In this document: piece after piece, positions 1 to 11,325 of the stretch | How the letters are laid out: each line of letters opens with the position of its first letter | Numbering within the stretch: the stretch's first letter is position 1 | NCBI GenBank assembly: GCA_963846575.1 | Contig: CAWJWJ010000001.1 | Span: 704,001-768,000, forward strand | Direction: 5' to 3' | Origin: an uncultured Nitrospiraceae bacterium | Lineage (GTDB): Bacteria; Nitrospirota; Nitrospiria; Nitrospirales; Nitrospiraceae | Length of the DNA: 64,000 nt | Program-made: the position numbers and the translations under genes | The notes under the pieces: model-generated | Seen by the model: the letters and a program-made list of their open reading frames with translations, nothing else | Databases searched by the model: none | Told to the model about the DNA's origin: nothing

Positions 1-2
1 GC

Positions 3-1259
<1,257 letters not shown>

Positions 1260-1347
1260 CGAACGACGATGGCCGGGAGCGCCTCCGGAGATGGCGGGAA
1301 TCAGACCATCGGCCATCCGCAGTTAGCGATCTGCTCAGGGAGAAGAG

Positions 1348-3807
1348 ATGCCGCCAGATGAACGGTTAGGACAGATTGCAATCGAAGACGAGATGCGCTC
1401 GTCCTATCTCGATTACGCCATGAGCGTGATCGTCGGTCGGGCCCTCCCCGATGTGCGGGACGGCCTCAAGCCGGTCCATCGACGCATTTTGCACGGCATG
1501 AACGAGATGGGCCTCGCGGCGAATCGGCCCTACCGGAAGTCGGCCAAGATCGTCGGCGAAATCATGGGTAATTACCATCCCCATGGAGACTCGGCGATTT
1601 ACGATACGCTCGTGCGTATGGCGCAGAACTTCAACATGCGCTACATGCTGGTCGACGGCCAAGGGAACTACGGCTCCATGGACGGCGATTCGGCGGCAGC
1701 CATGCGATACACCGAAGCGCGCTTGACGAAATTTGCCGAGGAACTCCTGGCGGACATCGACAAGGAGACCGTCGACTTCGGCCCCAACTACGATGAATCC
1801 CTTGAGGAGCCGCTGGTGCTGCCCTCGAAGGTGCCGAACCTCCTGGTCAATGGAGCGGGCGGCATCGCGGTCGGATATGCCACGAACATCCCCACGCACA
1901 ACCTGGGCGAGGTCATCGAGGGCCTCCTCCTTCTGCTGGAGGATCCCGAGGTCACCATCGCGCAGCTGATGAAAAAAATACCCGGGCCTGACTTCCCGAC
2001 GGCCGGCTTCATCTACGGCACGGCCGGCATCAAGGATGCCTATGAAACGGGCCGCGGGCTGCTGACCGTTCGCGCGAAGGTCGCCATCGAGACGGACGAA
2101 CGCACGGACCGGGAGCGTCTCATCGTCACTGAAATTCCCTACCAGGTAAATAAGTCGAAGTTGATTGAGAAGATCGCGGATCTGGCGCAGGAGGATCGCG
2201 TGACCGGCATCTCGGACATTCGCGACGAATCCGACCGCGAAGGGGTCCGTGTGGTCATCGAGCTGAAACGAAACGAGATCCCGCTCGTCGTGCTGAACAA
2301 CCTGTACAAACACAGCCAGCTGCAGACCACCTTTGGCGTCAACATGCTGGCGCTCGTCAATAACCGTCCCGAGGTGCTGAATCTGAAGCGGATTCTCGTC
2401 GCCTTCGTGGAGCACCGGCGCGAAGTCGTCGTGCGGCGCACGTCCTATGAACTTCGGAAGGCCGAGGAGCGAGCGCATATTTTAGAAGGCCTCAAGATCG
2501 CCTTGGACAATCTGGACGCCGTGATTGCCTTGATCCGGCGCTCACAGTCTCCCGATGTCGCGCGTACCGGCTTGATGCAGCAATTTCAGCTCTCGGAGCT
2601 CCAAGCGAACGCGATTCTGGAGATGCGGCTTCAGCGCCTCACCCAGCTGGAACGCGACAAGCTGGTGGAGGAATATCGCGAGGTCTTGAAGCAGATCGAG
2701 TACCTGCGCTCGATCCTGGGCAGTGAGGCGCTGGTGCGCCGGATCATCCGCGATGAACTGATCGAGATCAAGGACAAGTATCAGGACGAGCGACGCACGA
2801 AAATCGTCAAGGAAGAGGCTGAGCTGACGCTCGAAGACCTGATCGCCGAGGAGGAAGTGGTCGTCACGATCACGCATACCGGCTATATCAAACGCAATGC
2901 GGTCACCCTGTATCGGGCACAGCGGCGCGGCGGCAAAGGAAAAATCGCCATGGGCGTGAAAGAGGAGGATTTTGTCGAAACCCTCTTCACCGCCTCCACG
3001 CACGACTCCCTGCTCTTTTGCACGGACGCCGGCAAGGTGTATTGGCTCAAGGTGCACGAAATCCCCGAGGCCAGCCGGGCGGCGAAGGGCAAGGCGCTGG
3101 TGAACCTTCTGGCCCTCTCGAAGGACGAAAAGGTGACGGCCTCCCTGCCGGTTAAAGAATTCCGCGCGGATCGGTATATCATCATGGCGACCAAACTCGG
3201 CGTCATCAAGAAGACCGAGTTGTCCGCCTACAGCAATCCCCGCCAGGGCGGCATCATCGCGCTCACGCTCGATCCCGGTGACAAGCTGATCGGGGTGGAT
3301 TTGACCGATGGCCAGCGGGAAATTCTCCTCGGTACCAAACAGGGCATCACCATCCGGTTCAAAGAGGACGACGTGCGGCCGATGGGGCGCACGGCTCACG
3401 GGGTGCGCGGGATCACCTTGGAGGCCGGCGACGAGGTCATCGGCATGGAAACCATTACGCCCGATTCGACGACCGCGATCCTTACCGTGACGGAATGCGG
3501 CTATGGGAAACGCACGCCGGTCAACGAGTATCGCGTGCAAGGCCGGGGCGGCAAGGGCATCATCAGCGTCAAGACAACCGAGCGTAACGGGCCGGCCGTA
3601 GGATTCCTCCAGGTTCGGGATGAAGATGAAATTATGCTGATGGCGGCCCAGGGCAAAGTGTTACGCTGTAAGGTAGATGACATCCGTGAAATCGGACGCA
3701 ACACCCAGGGCGTCCGGTTGCTCGATATGGATGGGGACGAAGACCGCGTCGTCGCCGTCGCACGTCTAGTCGAACGTGAGGAAGGGGTGCCCGACGAAGG
3801 TGAATGA
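1348..3807 (+). CDS. gyrA: DNA gyrase subunit A
   Basis: SYLDYAMSVIVGRALPDVRDGLKPVHRR, YHPHGDSAIY, AAMRYTE catalytic Tyr, GyrA-box QRRGGKG. Confidence 0.98.
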   Translation: MPPDERLGQIAIEDEMRSSYLDYAMSVIVGRALPDVRDGLKPVHRRILHGMNEMGLAANRPYRKSAKIVGEIMGNYHPHGDSAIYDTLVRMAQNFNMRYMLVDGQGNYGSMDGDSAAAMRYTEARLTKFAEELLADIDKETVDFGPNYDESLEEPLVLPSKVPNLLVNGAGGIAVGYATNIPTHNLGEVIEGLLLLLEDPEVTIAQLMKKIPGPDFPTAGFIYGTAGIKDAYETGRGLLTVRAKVAIETDERTDRERLIVTEIPYQVNKSKLIEKIADLAQEDRVTGISDIRDESDREGVRVVIELKRNEIPLVVLNNLYKHSQLQTTFGVNMLALVNNRPEVLNLKRILVAFVEHRREVVVRRTSYELRKAEERAHILEGLKIALDNLDAVIALIRRSQSPDVARTGLMQQFQLSELQANAILEMRLQRLTQLERDKLVEEYREVLKQIEYLRSILGSEALVRRIIRDELIEIKDKYQDERRTKIVKEEAELTLEDLIAEEEVVVTITHTGYIKRNAVTLYRAQRRGGKGKIAMGVKEEDFVETLFTASTHDSLLFCTDAGKVYWLKVHEIPEASRAAKGKALVNLLALSKDEKVTASLPVKEFRADRYIIMATKLGVIKKTELSAYSNPRQGGIIALTLDPGDKLIGVDLTDGQREILLGTKQGITIRFKEDDVRPMGRTAHGVRGITLEAGDEVIGMETITPDSTTAILTVTECGYGKRTPVNEYRVQGRGGKGIISVKTTERNGPAVGFLQVRDEDEIMLMAAQGKVLRCKVDDIREIGRNTQGVRLLDMDGDEDRVVAVARLVEREEGVPDEGE

Positions 3808-3850
3808 ACATGCCGCAGACGGCGCGGAATTCTAGTCGGCTCTTCTCATC

Positions 3851-4471
3851 ATGGCCATGAACCACTCGAATCCGCCGCCGAGCGGGGCTGCCTCTACAAC
3901 CCCCACCAAACGTCCTCTCGATACGGTCGTGAAAATGGCGCTGGGCGTCCTGTTCGGTTCCTTTGCACTGATCTGGGGCGGGATGTTCCTCAGCCGGCCT
4001 GACCGGTCGATTCCTCCCTATAGTGTCGGTTCTCAGGAACGCACCTTGGTTGCCGTGCACGTCCCTTCCTGGACCAGCGATACGGAAATCGAGACCCTCA
4101 TCGAACGGTTCAGAAAAGTCGGCGCTGAAAGCCGGAACTTTGGTGCCATGAAAATCCAGCCCACCACCCCTGATGATCCTCAAGGCCGGTATCAGCACAT
4201 CACGATTTATATTTTTACCGAGGAAGGATGGACGGAGCCGGAAGTCCTCCATAAATATGTGATCGGTGAGGATGGACAGGTGCGGGAGGGATTTGAGAAG
4301 TCCCTAAGGGGATTGTACCGGCTCGACGGGCAAGTGGAAGAGGGCCGAATGGGGCCGATGCTCCGGGGCGAAGATAGTGCGGCGACCGCGGCCTATTCGC
4401 GCCAGCTGTTCAAGGGGCCTGTCGTGTCCGGGGAGAAGGCGTCTCCGGCCGGCTCAGGGTCTGGACCATAA
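3851..4471 (+). CDS. hypothetical membrane-anchored protein
   Basis: 206-aa ORF with one hydrophobic segment (MALGVLFGSFALIWGGMFL); 3' end overlaps the convergent DUF721 gene. Confidence 0.7.
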   Translation: MAMNHSNPPPSGAASTTPTKRPLDTVVKMALGVLFGSFALIWGGMFLSRPDRSIPPYSVGSQERTLVAVHVPSWTSDTEIETLIERFRKVGAESRNFGAMKIQPTTPDDPQGRYQHITIYIFTEEGWTEPEVLHKYVIGEDGQVREGFEKSLRGLYRLDGQVEEGRMGPMLRGEDSAATAAYSRQLFKGPVVSGEKASPAGSGSGP

Positions 4472-4913
4472 CGGCGGTCAGGCGGTCGCGAAGCGCCTGA
4501 TCCTGGATGCCTTGAGTGTGCAACGTCGCTTCCTGAAGCAGCTGAGCCGTCGGCTGGCATGGAATGGCTTCGAGGCTGGCTCCTGACGGCGCGACTGATC
4601 GATCGGACGCGAATTCGCCCATGCGCAACACGATCTCGCTGACCAGCGGTTCTCCTGCCATCGCGTTGACCTTCTGCAGCAGGGCTGGTTTGAGAAAGGT
4701 GAGTTGCTGGAGCCAGACCGAATTCTGTACGACGACATAGAGCTTCTTGAAGCGAATGTGGTCGGGCCGCGTGTGAACGGCGATCGGTTCGCCCACGATC
4801 TCGGGCCAGTGCCGGCGCAGACGCGCCTCGAAAAGTTTGCTCTCCAAGCCCAGTCTGTGAGCCAGGCCGGCCAGGATGGAACCGAATGAATCGAGTCGGC
4901 TTTGTCCTCTCAT
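4410..4913 (-). CDS. DUF721 / DciA-like protein
   Basis: W..IVG..IA.HT.P and LYVVVQNSVWLQQL pattern typical of DUF721/DciA; next to gyrBA. Confidence 0.8.
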   Translation of the reverse strand: MRGQSRLDSFGSILAGLAHRLGLESKLFEARLRRHWPEIVGEPIAVHTRPDHIRFKKLYVVVQNSVWLQQLTFLKPALLQKVNAMAGEPLVSEIVLRMGEFASDRSVAPSGASLEAIPCQPTAQLLQEATLHTQGIQDQALRDRLTAVMVQTLSRPETPSPRTRQAP

Positions 4914-4967
4914 GGAGGGTCATCATAACAAAATGCTTCCGATGGAAATAGCTCAGAGATCCGTAAC

Positions 4968-5447
4968 ATGACGAAAACTCACGACAAGGAAGATCAATTC
5001 AAAGTGGTGGCTACCAATCGAAAGGCCTATCACGACTATTTCATCGAAGAGAAGTTCGAAGCCGGAGTCATCCTGCGAGGAACCGAGGTCAAGTCCCTGC
5101 GGGAGGGACGCGTCAATCTGCAGGACAGTTACGCATCACTGGACGGCGACGAAGTCTATCTGCAGCATTGCCACATCAGTCCCTATTCGCATGGCAATCT
5201 TTCCAATCATGAGCCCTTGCGAAAGCGAAAGCTGTTGCTGCATCGCAAGGAAATCAACAAACTCATGGGGAAAACTCAACTGAAGGGTCTGACGATCGTC
5301 CCCTTGCGCATCTATTTCTCGAAGCGCGGCCACGCGAAAGTGGAGCTGGCGCTGGCGAAGGGGAAGAAGCAATATGACCGCCGTGCGACCATCAAGGCCC
5401 GCGAAGCCAGCCGCGAGGTGGAGCGTGCAATCAAACAAAATAAGTAG
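4968..5447 (+). CDS. smpB: SsrA-binding protein
   Basis: NRKAYHDY, EAGVILRGTEVKSLR, RKLLLH, KGKKQYDRR. Confidence 0.97.
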   Translation: MTKTHDKEDQFKVVATNRKAYHDYFIEEKFEAGVILRGTEVKSLREGRVNLQDSYASLDGDEVYLQHCHISPYSHGNLSNHEPLRKRKLLLHRKEINKLMGKTQLKGLTIVPLRIYFSKRGHAKVELALAKGKKQYDRRATIKAREASREVERAIKQNK

Positions 5448-5663
5448 ACCGATGCAGTCCCCGTATGGGACCGCCGCGCTCTGTGACTCTGCGATCCCCT
5501 CTTGCGCTGTTTCCTGACCCTGAGCGCGACGTTTCTCAGGCTCGTGCCTCCGCATTTTGATCACCTACTTGCCCCCTGGCCGCGCGAAGCTGCGCAGCCC
5601 CCTGTCTAACAGACCGTCTTGCAACGTGAATTTCAGGAGTTTTCGGAGAGGCGACCTTTTGAC

Positions 5664-5694
5664 TTGACTTAGTTCTAACTAGAACTATTATACT
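5664..5694 (+). promoter_or_regulatory. sigma70-like promoter with a palindromic operator in the spacer
   Basis: TTGACT (5664-5669), inverted repeat TAGTTCTA-AC-TAGAACTA (5670-5687), TATTAT/TATACT (5686-5694), upstream of the DoxX-pirin cluster. Confidence 0.75.
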
Positions 5695-5773
5695 GGGGTC
5701 GGGGGATGACCAAGGAGAAACAGATGAACGGGCAGGGGTTGGGCAGTGAAGGCATAAACAGGGGGGAGCCACA

Positions 5774-6220
5774 ATGAAGGCGCTATTCAATACCGACGAG
5801 AGTTGGACCGGTTTGATCCTGCGGGTGACTGCGGGATTGGTCATGCTTCCGCACGGCGCTCAGAAAATGCTCGGCTGGTTTGGAGGCTTTGGGTTTGATG
5901 GCACCATGGGATTCTTTACTCAACAAATGGGGTTGCCCTGGATCATTGCTTTCCTCGTCATCCTCGGGGAGTTTTTCGGCAGTCTGGGTCTGCTCACCGG
6001 CTTTCTGACGCGATTGACCGCCGCCAGCTTCATTGTGATCATGCTGGGGGCCATCGCCACCACGCATTGGCCGGTGGGGTTTTTCATGAACTGGTTCGGA
6101 CAACAGCAGGGGGAAGGTTACGAGTATCATCTGTTGGTCATCGGCATCAGCGCGGCGCTCCTTGTGACTGGCGCGGGGAAGTGGTCGGTAGATAGACTGA
6201 TCGCAACAAGGGTGGGTTGA
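5774..6220 (+). CDS. DoxX family membrane protein
   Basis: [42 protein letters not shown]. Confidence 0.9.
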   Translation: MKALFNTDESWTGLILRVTAGLVMLPHGAQKMLGWFGGFGFDGTMGFFTQQMGLPWIIAFLVILGEFFGSLGLLTGFLTRLTAASFIVIMLGAIATTHWPVGFFMNWFGQQQGEGYEYHLLVIGISAALLVTGAGKWSVDRLIATRVG

Positions 6221-6298
6221 GCCAAAGGCTTCGGTTCGTGCAGGCAGCCCGGCTCATAATGACAGAGCTGGCGCCTGCCCTGCAGAAAGGAGACGGAC

Positions 6299-7183
6299 AT
6301 GCGAACGGATACGACGACCACGAAGGCACTCACGGGAGTGTATCAGGCCGGGTCTCAGCATATGGTTGGAGATGGGTTCCCGGTCCGCAATATGATTCCG
6401 GGCGCCGGCGTCGATGAGCAATTGTCGCCGTTTTTGCTTCTGGACTACCTCGGGCCGAAGGAATTTGCGCCGACGGACCGGCGGCTCGGCGTGGGAGAGC
6501 ATCCTCATCGGGGATTTGAGACCGTTACGATCATGTACCACGGCAAGGTCGCGCATCGTGACTCCACCGGGAGTGGCGGCGTCATCGGCCCGGGCGATGT
6601 GCAGTGGATGACCGCCGCGTCCGGCATCGTGCACGAGGAGCTGCACGAGCAGGAGTTCGCCAAACAGGGCGGCCTGTTGGAAGGTATTCAATTGTGGGTC
6701 AATTTGCCGAAGGTCCACAAAATGTCTGCGCCGCGTTATCAGACATTGCTGAATGATAATATTCCGTCGGTGGACCTCGGCGGAGGAGCCGGCCGGATTC
6801 GCGTGATCGCCGGAGAGTTTCGGGGGATCAAGGGTCCGGCGAAGACGTTCACCCCGGTGCACCTCTACGACGTGCGGCTGAACCCCGGACACCGGTTCGA
6901 TCTGTCGCTGCCGGAGGGGTTCAATTCGTCGGTGTTCGTCCTTCATGGCCAGGTACTGGTGAACGGATCCCAGATTGTGGAGGCCGTCGAGATCGCTCAG
7001 TTCGAGCAGAAAGGCGAGCACGTGTCGCTCGAAGCGAGGGAAGAGGCAACGATCCTGGTGTCGAGCGGAGAACCCATTGCGGAGCCGGTTGCCCGATACG
7101 GTCCGTTTGTCATGAACACGCGTGATGAAATTATTCAGGCCGCGCAGGACTACCAGGCGGGCAAGATGGGACATTTGTCATGA
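6299..7183 (+). CDS. pirin family protein
   Basis: PFLLLD, HPHRGFETVT, GDVQWMTAASGIVHEE, QLWVNLP, YGPFVMN. Confidence 0.95.
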   Translation: MRTDTTTTKALTGVYQAGSQHMVGDGFPVRNMIPGAGVDEQLSPFLLLDYLGPKEFAPTDRRLGVGEHPHRGFETVTIMYHGKVAHRDSTGSGGVIGPGDVQWMTAASGIVHEELHEQEFAKQGGLLEGIQLWVNLPKVHKMSAPRYQTLLNDNIPSVDLGGGAGRIRVIAGEFRGIKGPAKTFTPVHLYDVRLNPGHRFDLSLPEGFNSSVFVLHGQVLVNGSQIVEAVEIAQFEQKGEHVSLEAREEATILVSSGEPIAEPVARYGPFVMNTRDEIIQAAQDYQAGKMGHLS

Positions 7184-7821
7184 CCGGGAAGACAGTCACG
7201 ATCGAGGTCTATTCCGATGTGGTCTGTCCCTGGTGTTACATCGGCAAACGGAGGCTGGAGCAGGCGCTGGAAGCGCTCAAGGGGCGGGACTCGACCTGCG
7301 TCATCTGGCGCCCGTTTCAACTCAATCCGACTATGCCCAAGGCCGGCATGGATCGACGCGTTTATCTTGAGGCGAAGTTCGGAGGACCTGCCGAAATGAA
7401 GGCCGTGCAGGACCGCATCTCCGCCGCCGGCGCTGGTGAAGGAATCGAGTTCGCATTCGGGCGAATGGAGCGGACACCCAATACCTTCGACGCGCACCGC
7501 TTGATCTGGTACGCCCGGCAGCACGATTGTCAGGATGCGGTCGTCGAGGAAGTATTTCACGGCTACTTCACGGAAGGTCTACATGTGGAGCAACCGGAGA
7601 CCTTGGTTTCTCTCGCGGGCCGTGCGGGACTGGATGAAAAGACGGTCAGCCGGTTTTTACAAACTGATGAAGGTGTCGAGTCTGTGCGGCAGGAAGAGGC
7701 GAGGGGCCATCAGCTGGGAATAAGAGGCGTGCCCTACTTCCTGCTGAACGGGACCCATGCGATATCGGGGGCGCAGCCCGTGGAGACCTTCGTCTCCGAA
7801 ATTGAGCAGACTATCCGTTAA
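7180..7821 (+). CDS. DsbA/FrnE family oxidoreductase
   Basis: SDVVCPWCYIGKRRL, PFQLNP, GVPYF. Confidence 0.92.
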   Translation: MTGKTVTIEVYSDVVCPWCYIGKRRLEQALEALKGRDSTCVIWRPFQLNPTMPKAGMDRRVYLEAKFGGPAEMKAVQDRISAAGAGEGIEFAFGRMERTPNTFDAHRLIWYARQHDCQDAVVEEVFHGYFTEGLHVEQPETLVSLAGRAGLDEKTVSRFLQTDEGVESVRQEEARGHQLGIRGVPYFLLNGTHAISGAQPVETFVSEIEQTIR

Positions 7822-7833
7822 GGAGGAGTGGAG

Positions 7834-8277
7834 ATGGCTGTCCAAGTGTACGGTTGCAATCATATCGTCATCGAAGTAACGAATGCCAAGAAGGCCGTGA
7901 AGTTCTATGCGGATGTGTTCGGCCTGAAGATGCTGCGCGGCGGCGAAGGAGCCGCCTGGTGCAAACTCGGCGAGCACCAATTCATGGCGATTTTCGAGGT
8001 CGAGACGCTCCAGCCGGACCGGGTGAAACACTTCGGACTGATGGTCCGCGACGACCAGCAGATCAAAGAGGTCCGGAAGAAGCTCACGCAAAAATACAAA
8101 CTCACGTTGCATCCGGATTTCCGATGTGATTTCCGTGATCCCTGGGGAAATCGCATTCAGGTCGGCGACCTGAGCGACGAGTCCCTGGTGTGGCTCCTTC
8201 CCTATCAAGAGGTCCAACAAGCGGGAATCACCTTCACGAAACCATCACGATCACAAGCCCGAAAGGAGACGACATGA
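7834..8277 (+). CDS. VOC/glyoxalase family protein
   Basis: NHIVIEV, FYADVFG, HFGL, DPWGNRIQ; SD AAGGAGG upstream. Confidence 0.85.
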   Translation: MAVQVYGCNHIVIEVTNAKKAVKFYADVFGLKMLRGGEGAAWCKLGEHQFMAIFEVETLQPDRVKHFGLMVRDDQQIKEVRKKLTQKYKLTLHPDFRCDFRDPWGNRIQVGDLSDESLVWLLPYQEVQQAGITFTKPSRSQARKETT

Positions 8278-8648
8278 GCACGGCCAATTTACAAGCACGC
8301 TTGCAAGGACTCTTGACCTACATCCAACAGGGGAAGATCATAGAAGCTATGAACGAGTTCTATGACCAGGACACCGTGATGCGAGACAACCACAATCCTC
8401 CCACGAAGGGCCTGGTCGCCAACATTGAACGCGAGAAGCAGTTTCTCAGCGGTGTGAAAGAGTGGAAAGGATTTCAGGTAGTGGCATCCGGCGTGGGTGA
8501 CGGGGTTACCTTTTATGAAGGTGTCTTGGACTTCATTGCCACGAACGGACAACCGGTCCACATGGAACAGGCATCTGTCGCCAAGTGGAAAAACGGGAAA
8601 ATTGCCAACGAACGGTTCTACTACGACACAGGCAAGCAGGCCTCATAA
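8274..8648 (+). CDS. SnoaL-like / NTF2-fold protein
   Basis: SD AAAGGAG before ATG 8274; AMNEFY and WKNGKIANERFYY. Confidence 0.8.
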   Translation: MSTANLQARLQGLLTYIQQGKIIEAMNEFYDQDTVMRDNHNPPTKGLVANIEREKQFLSGVKEWKGFQVVASGVGDGVTFYEGVLDFIATNGQPVHMEQASVAKWKNGKIANERFYYDTGKQAS

Positions 8649-8859
8649 AGCATTGTCGAGGAAGAACGGGAGCCGTGGGCGCGAATGTGTTCCGGCTCCC
8701 CTGCTTTGCAAGGATGGCACAGCCTGGGTCGGAGAGAACACCGACGCAGGCTGACGTGGAGAAAGTGATCGGGCCGTGTGGAGGAACTGACGGGTCGCGG
8801 CGGGATAGTAGGGATGGTCCGGTTGCCGATGGATAAGTTGGAGCAGAGAGGGTGATGGT

Positions 8860-9564
8860 TTGCGACTGAACGGAAAAGTAGTCGTGATTGCCGGAGGATC
8901 GGGGGCCCTCGGCCAAACGGTGACGCCGGCCTGTGTTCAGGCCGGCGCGCAGGTCATTACGGTGGATCGCCAAGCTCCAGCGCAAGTGGCCGGTTGGTCT
9001 GCTCTGCAAGCCGACGTCACGGACGAAGCGGACGTCCAACGCCTGGCGCGTGAGGTCATTCAGAAGTATGGTCGCCTCGATGTACTCATCAACCTGGTCG
9101 GCGGTTTCGCCATGGGTCGGCTGGCGGATACAGACGTCGCCACCTGGCAACGTATGTTGGCTCTGAACGTGACACCGGCGTTTCTGCTCTCCAAGACCGT
9201 GATCCCCCACATGGTCACACGCGGGGCGGGCCGTATCCTGCACGTGGCAGCCTGGGCGGCGGTTGAACCGTTTCCGGGAGCGGCGGCCTACCTTGTCGCC
9301 AAGTCCAGTCTGCTGGCGTTGATCCGGGTCCTGGCGCTTGAGCTCAAAGGTTCCGGGGTCACCGTCAATGCGGTGCTGCCCAATACCATCGACACGCCGG
9401 CTAACCGGGATAACATACCGGACATCGATCCGGCCACCTGGACGAAACCGACCTCGATCGCCGACACGCTCCTCTTTCTCGCCTCTGAGGAGGCGGGGCA
9501 GATCAGCGGGGCTGCCATCCCCGTCGGCACGAACGGCGGTGCGAAGCAGGCAGAGCACAGTTAA
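8860..9564 (+). CDS. short-chain dehydrogenase/reductase
   Basis: GGSGALG Rossmann motif, YLVAK (YxxxK), VNAVLP..IDTP. Confidence 0.9.
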   Translation: MRLNGKVVVIAGGSGALGQTVTPACVQAGAQVITVDRQAPAQVAGWSALQADVTDEADVQRLAREVIQKYGRLDVLINLVGGFAMGRLADTDVATWQRMLALNVTPAFLLSKTVIPHMVTRGAGRILHVAAWAAVEPFPGAAAYLVAKSSLLALIRVLALELKGSGVTVNAVLPNTIDTPANRDNIPDIDPATWTKPTSIADTLLFLASEEAGQISGAAIPVGTNGGAKQAEHS

Positions 9565-9577
9565 GGGAGGCGAGGGC

Positions 9578-10018
9578 ATGTCGGGCCAGGATTTTACTCG
9601 TCAGCATCTGAACGATCTCTCCCGGTCACTGCTACGGTTACACAAGGCCTTGTTGGACGGCGAACGAATCTCCTACGAACGGGTGCATGGGCGTATCCCC
9701 ACCAACGGAGCCTTCTTTCAGCTGGTTTTAGGCGACGCCTGGTTCGCCTGGTTGCGTCCGCTGTCTCAACTGATGGCTCGTCTCGATGAGCTGTCCGAGG
9801 ACGATGACGACTCTCACCGCGCGGAACTGACGGAACTCCTCGCGACGGCGGGAACGCTACTGATGCCGTCTGAAGCCGGTGAAGGGTTCGCCCGACATTA
9901 TTATGATGCGTTACAACGCGAACCGGACGTGGTGCTGGCGCATGCGGCCACTCGTGCATTGCTCCGGTCATGCCGGGGCGCGGCCGTAGAGAGCGAGCGT
10001 GATCGCCGGTCGCGCTGA
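9578..10018 (+). CDS. conserved hypothetical helical protein
   Basis: SD GGGAGG before ATG 9578; LLRLHKALL..ER..YE and FAWLRPLSQL; co-oriented within the cluster. Confidence 0.7.
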   Translation: MSGQDFTRQHLNDLSRSLLRLHKALLDGERISYERVHGRIPTNGAFFQLVLGDAWFAWLRPLSQLMARLDELSEDDDDSHRAELTELLATAGTLLMPSEAGEGFARHYYDALQREPDVVLAHAATRALLRSCRGAAVESERDRRSR

Positions 10019-10048
10019 TCCCTGGTCTGGAACACCGCAGAGGGAGCC

Positions 10049-10690
10049 ATGAACATCGTCTTGATTGGGGCGACCGGATACGTCGGTTCGGCGATCCTGA
10101 AAGAAGCCTTGGATCGCAACCATGAGGTGACCGCCGTTGCGCGTAACACGGAGAAACTCCCCTTCCATCCGCACCTGCACGCGCTGAAGGCTGACGTCTC
10201 TCGGGAGGGCGAGGTGGCCCGATTGGTCGCGGGCCATGAGGCGGTGATCAGCGCATTCAATCCGGGTTGGAGCAACCCGGACATCTACAACCAGCAGATC
10301 AATGGAACGCGCGCCATTATTAATGGCGTGAAGGAGGCAGGAGTCAAGCGACTGCTGTTTGTGGGAGGTGCCGGTAGTTTGGAGGTATCGCCCGGGGTTC
10401 AGGTATTAGACCTGCCGGAGTTTCCCAGCGAATTCAAACAGGGTGCGCTGGCGACCCGCGAAGCCCTGGCGCACCTACGCCAGGAAACTGCCCTTGACTG
10501 GACCTACGTCTCTCCATCGGTGGATTTATTCCCCGGCTCACGCACCGGACGGTTTCGGCTTGGAACGGACTACATGCTGAAAGATGCGAAGGGAGCGAGT
10601 CGAATCTCGGTGCAGGACTTCGCGATGGCCATGATTGATGAACTGGAGAAGCCGGCCTACGTGCGCAGCCGGTGCACCGTAGGTTATTGA
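10049..10690 (+). CDS. NAD(P)-dependent oxidoreductase (YwnB / flavin reductase-like)
   Basis: IGATGYVG, VGGAGSL, RTGRFRLG, SRISVQDFA. Confidence 0.9.
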   Translation: MNIVLIGATGYVGSAILKEALDRNHEVTAVARNTEKLPFHPHLHALKADVSREGEVARLVAGHEAVISAFNPGWSNPDIYNQQINGTRAIINGVKEAGVKRLLFVGGAGSLEVSPGVQVLDLPEFPSEFKQGALATREALAHLRQETALDWTYVSPSVDLFPGSRTGRFRLGTDYMLKDAKGASRISVQDFAMAMIDELEKPAYVRSRCTVGY

Positions 10691-10736
10691 CGCTTGCGAA
10701 GAGGCACATCGCTTGGTCGTCGGGAGGGTATCGGGC

Positions 10737-11183
10737 ATGAAGGCTCACTACTTGGGTCATGTTGTATTCTACGTCCAGGATCTTCAGCGCGCGCTCGTCT
10801 TCTACCGGGACCTGCTCGGCTTTCAGGAGGTGGGGCGTATCTTTAACGGCGCCGCTGCCGCCCTGACGTCGGGCCGCACCCATCACGAATTGCTCCTGAT
10901 TCAAGTCGGCGATGCGCCGGGGCCGCCGCAAGGGCGACGGCGCGGGTTGTACCACATCGGCATTAAGGTGGGTGACAGCCTGGATGAACTTCGAGCGGCG
11001 AAGAAGGAGTTGGAGGAAGCGGGCGTCTCGATCGACGGCATGAGCGACCATACGGTCAGCCAGAGCCTGTACCTGCACGATCCCGACGGAAATGAAATCG
11101 AACTCTATGTGGATGCAGACGAAGCGATCTGGAAGAACAATCCGGACGCGGTGATGGCCCCGATCAAATCGTTGCGGCTGTGA
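10737..11183 (+). CDS. VOC family protein (catechol 2,3-dioxygenase-like)
   Basis: LGHVV, GRTHHELLL, GLYHIG, SLYLHDPDGNEIELY. Confidence 0.88.
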   Translation: MKAHYLGHVVFYVQDLQRALVFYRDLLGFQEVGRIFNGAAAALTSGRTHHELLLIQVGDAPGPPQGRRRGLYHIGIKVGDSLDELRAAKKELEEAGVSIDGMSDHTVSQSLYLHDPDGNEIELYVDADEAIWKNNPDAVMAPIKSLRL

Positions 11184-11325
11184 CGCAGAGGGACAGGCCG
11201 ATGCCAGAGGGTGGTGTCCGCCACCTGGCCTTTCATCCCGCCTGGGCTAACGCGGAGGCTGCCGCCCTCCGGTTCTGCGCCGCCTTCAGGAAAGGCCCGG
11301 CTGAAAGGCGGGAAAGGAGCGGTCC

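Noticed and set aside
1268..1317. GATGGCCG...CGGCCATC inverted repeat between gyrB and gyrA
   Set aside because: Short stem without a T tail and no second copy found; probably an ordinary intergenic hairpin.
1366..3540. Long antisense ORFs over gyrA, and similar shadow ORFs over most genes
   Set aside because: Expected in GC-rich coding DNA; they carry no motifs and fully overlap well-supported genes.
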